Below are positions 53,687 to 64,000 of a stretch of DNA of 64,000 nucleotides, piece after piece. Origin of the DNA: Octopus sinensis. Lineage: Eukaryota. Position 1 is the stretch's first letter; each line of letters begins with the position of its first letter. A program made the position numbers and the translations under genes. Under the pieces are notes generated by a model that had not been told where the DNA came from, did no database searches, and saw only the letters and a list, made by a program, of their open reading frames with translations. The stretch is taken from positions 102,548,001 to 102,612,000 of the forward strand of contig NC_043001.1 of assembly GCF_006345805.1 (NCBI RefSeq), in the 5' to 3' direction.

Positions 53687-54671
53687 TATTATTACTATTA
53701 TTGTTGTTGTTGTTGTTGTTGGAGAGACTAAAGGAGTGGTGGACAGTCATAAAATTTCCCATGAATACCAGACAAGACACACACTGTCTACACGAATGCA
53801 TACTTTTATGCATGCAAACATGCGTGTGATATGCATTCAGGTCTCACTGTAGACAGGTTAAAACCTCTATTAGTATGATTCTTTGTTTAGACACTTAGGA
53901 CTGAATATTTTGAAGACAGAGACTAAGGAGATAAATAGAGAAACAAAAAAAAAATCTTGTCAAAGCTAATGTAAAAAACATTAAAATATTTTTCAACTTA
54001 ATCTCTATTGCTTATTTCATTTTTAAGATGGTGGAAGATTTTTATTCTTATTTCTGACTCTGTTATTGCATGTTGTTTTATAACAATATTAATGTGATGG
54101 AGTAGCAGATATGGTAGAGCAGGGCGAGGTAAAAGCCTGACTGTGTCTAATTACAGTTTTCTCTATCCTTGGTTCAAATTATGTCAGGGTCAAGTGTGCA
54201 TTTTCAACCTTCCACAACTGATAAAAGTACCGGTAGTATACTTGGGTCATACTAGTAATATACAATGCTGCATTCTTGAACACAGGGCAAAATGCTGTGA
54301 GTTATTTGTTTCAGTGCTTTATATTTTAAAATTGGACTCCCTCTGAGGTCAATTTTGCTTTTCATCTTTTTGAGGTCAACAAAATAACACAAAGGTCAAT
54401 AGTATCAACTAATCCCACAACAACCAATAACAATAAAAACAACATTTCATATCTTGTGCCTATGATGAAAACAATTACGAGGTCAACTTCACTGTTTATC
54501 CTTCCAAGGTTGATAAAATAAAGTATTTAGGTTGATGACATCAACACCTCCTCCAAATAGCCAATCTTGCATAAATCAGAAATAACAATTATTCTAATTG
54601 CTATTATCATGAAAAATCTCAGCTTTTATTTTGCTGGGTATGATGGAAAATGTCAGCTGTACACAAACTGA

Positions 54672-54953
54672 TCATGCTTCAAGAACTCTGTGAAGGACTT
54701 TTGCAGTTCAAGCAATGAGGATTTTTTGTAGGTGTTCTGTTTTTACATCAGTTCCAATCTCTTTGAGCCACGTTGGTAGCTGAGCACTGATACTTCTAAG
54801 TGTGCCAATCACAATTGACATCATGTCCACTTTCTTCATTGTCCACAATCTGCATATTTTCCACTTCAGTTCATCATAGCTGTTCACCTTTTCTTCTTTC
54901 TCTTCAATTCTGATGTCACCAGAACATACTACCTCAATTATCAGGCATGTTTT
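54672..54953 (-). mobile_element. 3' fragment of an REL-endonuclease non-LTR element (R4/Dong/Rex6-like)
   Basis: KTCLIIEVVCSGDIRIEEKEEKVNSYDELKWKICRLWTMKKVDMMSIVIGTLRSISAQLPTWLKEIGTDVKTEHLQKILIA*TAKVLHRVLEA*, matching the typical REL C-terminus. Confidence 0.8.
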
Positions 54954-55565
54954 TCATTTTTCTTTTGCCCACAACAGATGTTTAATCTGATGGCCATACT
55001 GAATCACAGAATCTCACAAATTTTTTCAATCTTCATTTTCAGTAACTCCTTCTGGGATTTGGTGGTAGTAGCAGTGGTGGTAGTCATTGTCGTCATCAAC
55101 ATCATCATTACTGAAGGTAGCGAAATGGCAGAGTTGTTAGTACACCGGACAGATCAATATTTGATCTGACACTCTAAATTCGAATCCCATCAGCACTGAC
55201 ATTGCTTTTCATCATTTTTAGGGTCTCTAAGTACTGATTCCAGGCAGGAGATCAACAGGGCTGGTAGAGCATCAGTTTTGTGCTCTCTATTTCAGCTCTT
55301 TGAGTTGTGACAACAATCCTTATGACACTAGCATTAAGCTGTATCAGTCTTGCCTTTCGCTAGACAAGGATGTAGGGAAGAGAGACTCAGATGGGTAACT
55401 GCTAGTCTATTATAGACACCCCACCTAAAAAAAAAAAAAATTTTAAAAACCACTTCCTAGGCCTGTAACTTGAAAAGAAAGTTTCCAGATGCAGATATTT
55501 TATCCTTAGAGGGCAACACTATTGACTGTGTGATCAGCTGGTTGATTGATAACTATTGTCTTTTA

Positions 55566-55706
55566 GGAAGGGCATCCAAGTGTAGAAACTTTGCCAGGTC
55601 AGATTGGAGCCTGGGGCAGCCTTCTAGCTAGCCAGTCCTCAGTCAAACAGTCTAACCCATGCCAGCATGGAAAGCGGATGTTAAACGATGATGATGATGA
55701 TGATGA
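55566..55706 (+). mobile_element. Short RTE 3' tail insertion with 9-bp TSD
   Basis: tgtctttta at 55557-55565 and 55707-55715, with a (GAT)n tail. Confidence 0.85.
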
Positions 55707-56222
55707 TGTCTTTTATCTTTTACTTGTATTTCATTTTGCAACCCTAACATACTAGCAAATTTATAAGTCAATACTTTGTCCTACCTGTTTTAGGAGTGTC
55801 ATTTATCATTTGTAAGTTGTCTCTACAGATTTTCTATTAAAATTAAAGCCAGCATTGAAAGTTACAATGTTTCATATACAAGTACATCTGCATAAACAAT
55901 GCAACCAAAGATAGAAAAATAAGTAGTCGGTGTATATCCTATTTCAGGAGGCCTTGTTCCTTCTTCAGAACCACATCCACCCAATTAACCATCCATGAAC
56001 ACGTTGCTTAAATAACAACTAAGTGTAGTGGTGTAACACTCTTGGATAGACCTATTTTAGTGGCTATTTCAGCAATGGATTTGTGGAAAATCAACGGATT
56101 GGAGGTGGTACTGAAGAGGGAGCAAGAGTTCCTGAAATGTGCATATACACTTATTACCTATTTTCCTATCTCCGATTGCATTGTTTGCATAGAAGAGGAG
56201 GAGACTTTGGTATCCTCACTGA

Positions 56223-56562
56223 CAGTGACGGCCTGCAAGGTTGCTAGCTTACCCAATGGCAAGTGGGCCCCTGTGCCATTAGAATCCATATGAGGGGAAG
56301 GGGCATGTTAGTATCTAAGGGGACCATCCCCTCAAGTTTGAGAATTTTTTATTCACTCCTGAAAGAATGCATTAATTATTTCAGCCTGGCTGTGTCTGTA
56401 GATAGTTGAAAAGAATACATTTAACAAAAAAAAAAAAAATTAAATTATGGCATTGTAGTTGCGGGTGGGGCCCCTTGTAGTTGCAGGTGGGCCCCCTTGT
56501 AATTGCGGCTGGGTCTCCTTAGTCTCCTGGCAACCAATATTTTTTGACCCAGTCCACCACTG
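56223..56562. mobile_element. hAT-like MITE with 8-bp TSD
   Basis: Ends cagtgacggcctg / cagtccaccactg; flanks ctcactga and ctcactgg (7/8 match); internal ~21-bp tandem repeat at 56455-56515. Confidence 0.7.
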
Positions 56563-57021
56563 CTCACTGGTATTTTCCTACAGTGTTGGTGCAATTCTCA
56601 AATTAAAGAATGGTTAGGTAATTTATTATTTTGTACATGACCCTTTTTTCACTATTTCTAGTTGGGACTGCAGCAGCATTCATGATTCACATCCTTGCTA
56701 ACTCTACCTAATTGTTTAAGTGTTAAAAATTTATTTTCCTTTTAGAAATATACTTCAGTCTGGAGGATATGACAAATCAATTATTGTACAGAATTTTTTT
56801 CATTGATCTTTTATTATTGATTGGTAGGCTAGTGTCGTTGTCATTTAACAAAGCCATGCTCCATAGTTTTATCGCATAAACTATTCCTATATCTTTCTCA
56901 GATGTCTTTCATAGTGTAGCCCTGTTTTGTTTTTGTTGCAAATAAATGTCCAGTAAATATGCGTTTTATTCAATCATTTATGTACTCGATAGATATATTC
57001 CACAATCAAGCTCAAAATATC

Positions 57022-57210
57022 ATCATCATCATCATTTAACGTCCACTTTCCATGCTAGCATGGGTTGGACGATTTTGACTGAGGGTTGGCGAACCAGATG
57101 GCTGCACCGGGCTCCAATCTTGATTTGGCAGAGTTTCTACAGCTGGATGCCCTTTCTAACGTCAACCACTCCAAGAGTGTAGCGGGTGGTTTTTATGTGC
57201 CACCGGCACG
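57022..57210 (-). mobile_element. RTE 3' tail insertion
   Basis: catcatcatttaacgtccactttccatgctagcatggg, the reverse tail. Confidence 0.85.
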
Positions 57211-57732
57211 TACTGGCACGTAAAATATGTTTCGTGTATTGACATGTACAAAGAAACAGGTTGTGAATTTGCTCAGGCCCCAAATACTACCAGTCGATGA
57301 TCTAAGAATGTTGCTTCTTTATTCAACACAGGAAGCTGTCATTGTTCTGTAACACATTAAGGAAACAGTCTACTGAATGTGACCCCTAATATCTTGGTTT
57401 GTTGCTCCAGAGAAAAGCAGCAGATATCCAAATTGCAGTGGTATTCCACATGAATGTTCCACATTTGTTTCACTGTACCATACATCTTACTACTAAAAAT
57501 AAACTAGACTTACAAGAAAGCTCCAGAAAAATTGGGATTAACTGCAACTGGACAAATCCTTTGTTGCAACTATCAGTCCTTCAGTATTCTATGCCTTCAT
57601 TTTCGAGCTGTCACTGGTTAGCATCAGGTGGCTTCTTTTTTTTTTTTTTTAATGTGACAAGTTGGTGTTGCAATGGATATTTGGATATTTCCTATGAGAG
57701 AGCTCACTTTCCGTCTAAATGTCATTGTTTAA

Positions 57733-57872
57733 GAAGGGCATCTAGCCATAGAAACCACGCTAAAGCTGACACTGGAGCTAAGCATACCTCTGTTGCTTGA
57801 CAGATCCTGTCAAACCATCCAAGCCATACCAGTACGGAAAGTGGACGTTAAACGATGATGATGATGATGATG
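57733..57872 (+). mobile_element. RTE 3' tail insertion
   Basis: aagggcatctagccatagaaacc...ggacgttaaacgatgatgatg. Confidence 0.8.
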
Positions 57873-59043
57873 TATGTTTGTTTGTTTCATTTAAGTACAG
57901 CTTTTGGATTTCATTTCCATCTAGAACACTAAATCTACACTTAGCAGGTTGCAGGTCTTTGATTTTTAAGCAAATATACCACATTACTTCAGTAAATTTT
58001 CTTCTAGCATTTTATCATGCTGCTTCCTAAAACAAGCAGCACTTGTACATATTGTTGATCCCAAACTAGCACTTTTGATTCGCTTTCATTTATAAGTCAT
58101 TTATATATCTGCACCTAGAGTCATAAAGGCAATCTTCATAACAATAACAACAATTTATTTCAGGTATTTGATGTATTGCATTTCCTGTAATAGAAACACA
58201 CGCACACACACACTTTCGTTTTCCTACGCAAGATAAAGTTGGTTTCAGCCAATAATTCAAAAATTGCATTCTTTCCCTTATTGTATACTTGGTTTCAAGA
58301 TTTAATACGAGAATTTTCTGCCCACAAAAACTAAATTACAATCAATAATACTGGGACCAACACATTATTGAACATTTTTTAAGGTTAAATATTAGCTAAT
58401 GTTTTTGGAGATTTTCTCTCTGAATTTTAATTCTTACCCTAGCTAAACGTTTTTCCAGTCGATTAGAAACCATTCCTAGAGATATTTTCTTACAGCTATT
58501 CAATATATTTTCCTTAGTTATTAGATACAATCTAATACTTCAAAATATCAAGGCACCATTTTCTTATTCTTGCTCATCAATACTGCATTACCAAGGGAAG
58601 CTAGAATTCTTTGTCATACTACTATACTAATGTCTTGTAATAATAAGTATTTTTCCAAAATATTCATTTGTTGTCAACAATAATATCTAAGATGTGTTTA
58701 TCATGTGGCTGTATTGTCTGTTAAAATTCCCAAGAATTTCAATGTCTTCAGACTCAATTATACAAGGAAGTTGGTATCTAAACCATCATCCTGTCCTTTA
58801 CAGCTTGTATTTTCTACATAATTCCTGAAAAATAACCCATTCAACAACATTATCATCTTCATCATCATTATTATTATTATTATTATCATTATTATTATTA
58901 TCATCATCATCATCATCAACCTTTCTTACTGTTCTTATTAGACAAAATATCAAGAGATATTTTATCTATATCATCAATATGTAATGACAAAAACACTGGA
59001 TTGTTGAAATATATGCCTAACAATATAGAGTCATACTACTTAC

Positions 59044-59096
59044 GTGGGAGCAGAAACCTTGTACAGAGATGGCTTTTTGTTTTCATATTCCAAGAT
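59044..59096 (-). other. Candidate 53-nt exon of an unidentified minus-strand gene
   Basis: tactgaaataacag|ATCTTGG...GCTCCCAC|gtaagtag. Two frames are open (ILEYENKKPSLYKVSAP or SWNMKTKSHLCTRFLLP). No homology recognised. Confidence 0.3.
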
Positions 59097-60041
59097 CTGT
59101 TATTTCAGTACAAGTAAATAAAATACTTTAATCTCAAACAATTATTGCTTCTTACCCATTAGCATTTCTTAATACTTTGGGACTGATTAAATATTACGTA
59201 ATGCCATGTTCCCTAAAAGCATCATTATTAGGGAGGTTGTTCTTGTTCACTTTCTCATTGCTTTATTATTATTATTCTTTAACCAGTAGCATAGCTTCTA
59301 TATAGTCACAAGACATGACAGAAATAGCAGCTAAGTCACTTTCTCTCAACACAGACCACTAACTTAAAAAGATGGGAAAAAACATTAGACCACTACGAAA
59401 AGATGCCATGGTCAATGTCTTTTCAGTCAAGTTTGACCTGGGACTAAATAAAAACACACAATCACATACTAGATTAGCTTAACACCGGAAAAAAAAAATA
59501 AAAAGAGAAAGTATCTTAATAATTTAGATGTTAGCCCTTCATCAGAAGAAAGAGAAAATGTGGAGAGAGAGAAAAAACAAAAACAAACTAGCAAATGGTT
59601 AGAACCCAGGCTGGAATGTGATTCTATGTCAGGGAGTTAAAAAGAGATCAAAAGGGATGTGTGTGTGTGTGTGTGTTTTGGAGTGCATCTTTGTTTAGAG
59701 ATGGGCATATGAGTTTTGCTTTTTATGTTTTTTTTGTGGTGAGTATAGAAATGTGTGCCAAAGTGCACTGGTGTAGAGGCCTAGTGACATGGGTTGGTGG
59801 ATGTGTGGAATGACAGTGTGACTGAGATAAAAGAGAAGGTAAGAGGAATATGCAGTTTGTTATAGAAGTATTTGCAAGGGTGTGGGTGTGAGACACAGCT
59901 GTATAGAGAGAAGGTATGAACAGAAGTCAAAAAAAAAAAAGAAATGAGAGAAAAGTATTGAGTGAGAAGAGAAAATTGGAGAAAAATTAATTACTATGCA
60001 AAATGCGGGTAAAAATATAAAACTAAAATATCATATACATA

Positions 60042-60400
60042 GGTGGAGGTGTGGTCGTGTGATAAGGAGTTTGTTTCCCAACCACATGGTTGTGGGTTCA
60101 GTCCCACTGTATGGCACCTTGGGCAAATGTCTTCTACTATAGCTGTGGACCAACCAAGGCCTTGTGAATGGGTTTGGTCGATGGAAACTGAAAGAAGCGT
60201 ATTGTGCACCATATGTGTGTGTGTGTGTGTGTGTGTAGGTCCCCCACCACCTCTTGACAACCAGTGAGTTTACTTAGCATAACTTAGCAGGCTTCAAAAA
60301 GATAAAGAAATTACTAAATTTGATTCATTCAACTAAGAATTCTTCAAAATGGTGCCCCAGCATGACCATAGTCTACTGACTAAAGCAAGTGAGAGATGAA
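60042..60400 (+). mobile_element. SINE family B, full length
   Basis: ggtggaggtgtggtcgtgtgataagg head, gggttcagtccc B-box-like motif and ggcaccttgggcaaatgtc core. Confidence 0.8.
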
Positions 60401-61031
60401 AGACACACACACACACACATACCATCATCCTCATTGTTTCGTGTCTTGCTCTCCATGCTGACACATATTAGGAAGTCAGGACATCTAAGCTGGGTCAAGG
60501 AACATCATATTGCTAGTCGGTTAGCTTTAGTTTGATTTCTACACCTAAATGTCCTTTCTAACACCAACAACTTCACAGGGTGTAACTGGGTCCTTTTCCC
60601 ATGGCACCAGCACCAATGAAGTGTCATTTCCTCAACAAGACTAACAGGACCTCACAACCTCACACTTTACAGTGTGCTAGGTGTGTCTTTCATGACACCA
60701 GCGTTAACGACCCCCAACACGACTAAAAGAGATCACACAGCAACCATACAGCTTCTTGTTTGCTAACCTATTTACCAGAGTAGGAAACAGGAATGATAGA
60801 GGCATGAAAAATAGTGTTGAAAGGGATGTGTGAAGGGAAATGGAGTGAAAGGAGATAGAGAACATGAGTGAAAAGGGCAGGGAGGGATAGGAGTTCAGGT
60901 GAACCAGAAGTAAGACTTATACATAGGCCATGAGATGGGTTAGAGGGTATCAAATAATGAGGAAGCTGATGACAGAATAGAAAGTAAGTGGGTCCTGTAC
61001 TAGTAAAGAGCACAAAGGTATGTAGGGAAAA

Positions 61032-61259
61032 GGTGGCGAGCTGGTAGAGACGTTAGCATGCCGGGCAAAATGCGTAGCCGTATTTCGTCTGCTGTAACGT
61101 TCTGAGTTCAAATTCTGCCGAGGTCGACTTAGCATTTCATCCTTTCGGGGTCGATAAATTAAGTACCAGTTACACACTGGGGTCGATATAATCGACTCGA
61201 TCCGTTTGTCTGTCCTTGTTTGTCCTCTCTGTTTAGCCCCTTGTGGGTAGTAAAGAAAT
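61032..61259 (+). mobile_element. Young SINE family A copy with ~15-bp TSD
   Basis: aggtatgtaggg(g)aaa on both sides, CpGs retained. Confidence 0.92.
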
Positions 61260-62099
61260 AGGTATGTAGGGGAAAGGATCAGAATAGGTGCAGTGGCATC
61301 CATAGTTACACTGGAAGCCGTGTACAGCTGCCATCGGCAGTCACACTGGAAACATAGTTGAGTGAGAATTGAGAAGGAGAAAGAGGGAATGAGTGATGGA
61401 CAACAGGCATGGGTGAAAGAATGCGGTGTGTGTCAAACAATAAAAACCTGGGCAAGACAGTGCAGTGTAGTGAAAAGAGATTCAATGCCATTCTTGTCAT
61501 ATTGACAATATATTACAATGAGATTGCGAAAAGGAGGAAGTAACTGAGGGATGAGCAATAGGATCATGTGTAAGAAAAGAAAGAGAAATAGAGGCATGAG
61601 TGAAAGTATAATTGCTCACAATGGTGGTATGGACAATAGTCGTTGTTGCTATCATCATGACTTCAGTGAGTTATAACAATGAAATTCACACTTTTGCCTA
61701 CTGGAGAGAGGCTAGAAACCTTACTGCATCTAAGCCAGATGCTTAATTTCTCTCCGACCTCATTCTCCCTCTCTCACTTCCTTTTTTTTCTCTCCTTCAC
61801 ATCAAGAACAATTTTGCTTTGCACACCTTGACAGAAAGACTGTCAAACTGGATCTCATCTAAGTCCAAAGTCTTTCAAGTTTGATCCCTTTTCTCCTAAT
61901 ATCCTTCCGTGGTTAACAGTATAGGCGTCACAATGTATTTGTGCTGTGACAGTCAACTACACTCTCTTCTCTGCAGAAGTAAAAGAAATCAATAGTATTG
62001 TAACCAGTATTAATCTTTACAGTTACTTGTTAAATCCCAATTTGAATTTATTAAATCAAGCCTTTGACATGACAGCTGTGCTCATAACAGCCATCACTA

Positions 62100-62230
62100 A
62101 AGAAAAGGGTGTTGGGTTTGCTCTGGAGACTGGTTCAGGCACTTCAAAAGTTACAACAAATTCAGAAGGTACTGCTTCCTATCCAAAGGGACACAAATTT
62201 ACTTCAATTCAAAAGCATCTTATATTACTA
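62100..62230 (+). mobile_element. Possible RTE apurinic-endonuclease remnant
   Basis: KGVGFAL resembles the RTE endonuclease GVGFAV motif; the match is short. Confidence 0.3.
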
Positions 62231-64000
62231 AATGTCGAGATATTAAATGATATTCAATCATTCTAGTTGATGTACAACAATATACTATTAATTCGCTATT
62301 CAATGCAATATGACGCCTTTCTAAGACAATCGCTGCATAAACAATGAAACTGAAGGGCTATTCAATAATTTACAAATTTCTATTAAAATCCTAAAAGAGT
62401 CAATTACCATTTTGGTGTATTCTATACAATAGTGGAATAAATGGCCACATACTACACCATGTGAAGAAAGTTAAGTATACAACAGTACAATGTTTGATTA
62501 CATACAACTATATAGTGACTTTTTATGATGCTAATCAATATGTAACGAAGAACGAAGTATGTTTAGCTTTTAACTATTGCTAAACTAAACCCATTTTATA
62601 GGCCCAGTAGAATTATAGAAAATGAACTACTAGTGTGTGTGTGTGTGTGCACGTGTATGTGTGTGTCTGTGTGTGTCTATATGCGCGTGTGTGTGTGTGC
62701 GCGCACGCGCATATAGACAGGTAATAGAGGCAGAAAGGTAATGTATATGCATACAGAGAGATCGTGAAGACATTCATTGATCTGTGGGAGTGCCTGTCAG
62801 CATACTAACTCATCCATGTATATCTGTATGCAGGCCATCGACACCAAGTTATGAAATGTTTACAGAATACGAATGTGTGTATGCGTGTGCACACACACAC
62901 ACATACGGAGTACTAAAGATAAAAAGATACATACACAGATAGGTAGAGACAAAGAGACAGACCGATAGAGATATAAGTTGAAAGAAGCGTCAGTAGGAGA
63001 GGGCAAATAGAGAAAAAGAGAGACTTAAAGATATGAAGTAGAACCAACAGATTAACAACTGCTCGGAGATGCAAAATGTTATATGGAGTATATTAGAGCT
63101 GTGAAAAAAGGAGAGAGAGGGAACAAAAATATAAACAGAAAAAAAAAATTATGAAAAGTTATTGGAAGGATGAGGTGGGTGAAGTATCAAATATAAAGCT
63201 TATCACAGGATATTAGATGGCAACTACTTATATTTCCCAAAATATAAAGAGCTATTCTGCTCATCATCATAGCCATGAGTCCAAATGTAAAGTGAGAACA
63301 TTACTGATGGCAACTGGGTAAGGTGTGGGGTAGCAGCAGACATACATAAAAGCTAAGTGTCAGGAGTTACACAGTGCTTATTAAATTGATTCCTGTCTCA
63401 GATGGAGATTGCATGGAATCTTGCTTAAATGTAGCAGCACTAATGATTTTCGAAAAAGTTCATTGTAAATTCCTGAAGAAATCTTGGAAATATTCTTAGA
63501 TAGTGTGACGGATGGGTGGATAAGAAAAAAAAAATATGTTCAAAGATGGTTTAATATGGTCTCTACTATAGCATCAGAAAGTCAGTCTTCTTCCCAGACA
63601 GTACGTGTTAATAGCTCCCATTTGTCTGTCTTCCAAGATAAATGTATGCAATGCCATAACACAAAACATGGGCCCATTATTACGGAGACGTTCAGATGTC
63701 TGAGTGTCAGAATTCCCTTCTCCAATGCTCAGTGAAAAAGTTCAAGGCACAACAACACAGCTGGCACCAGCTTGTCTAGAAAGCAAGTAGCATTAAGTAC
63801 AAGCTTGTGTATAATTAAAATGCATGTACGTACACACACATACGTACATGCATGGATACATACACACGCACACACACACACACACACGTGCACCATTTTA
63901 AACAGTTTCACATCAGTTGTTTCGCACAAAGACAGGTAAAATGATTCTTTGCATGAATTGCTGGAATAATGGTTTTACAGCTGAATGCTCTTCGTAATGC

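Overview
AT-rich, repeat-saturated eukaryotic DNA. The SINE families, the RTE LINE 3' tails ending in (GAT)n, and the (TA)n/(CA)n density resemble a coleoid cephalopod (Octopus-like) genome; this is from recall and was not database-checked. I find no intact protein-coding gene, rRNA, tRNA gene or CRISPR array, so the window reads as a large intron or intergenic region. A few weak splice-flanked candidate exons lie on the minus strand. Almost all listed ORFs are microsatellite, minisatellite or retroelement artefacts. Supported content: two abundant tRNA-type SINE families, several RTE LINE fragments, an R4/Dong-type REL-endonuclease LINE fragment, a Penelope-like element (RT YIDD plus GIY-YIG), and mariner-, pogo-, hAT- and piggyBac-type MITEs. 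The most notable structures are a ~4.3 kb 28-bp minisatellite that grew from inside a piggyBac-like MITE, three long fold-back palindromes, a 420-bp RTE-derived bipartite retroposon with a perfect 15-bp TSD, and an RTE-like 3' end carrying three tandem C2H2-type zinc fingers.
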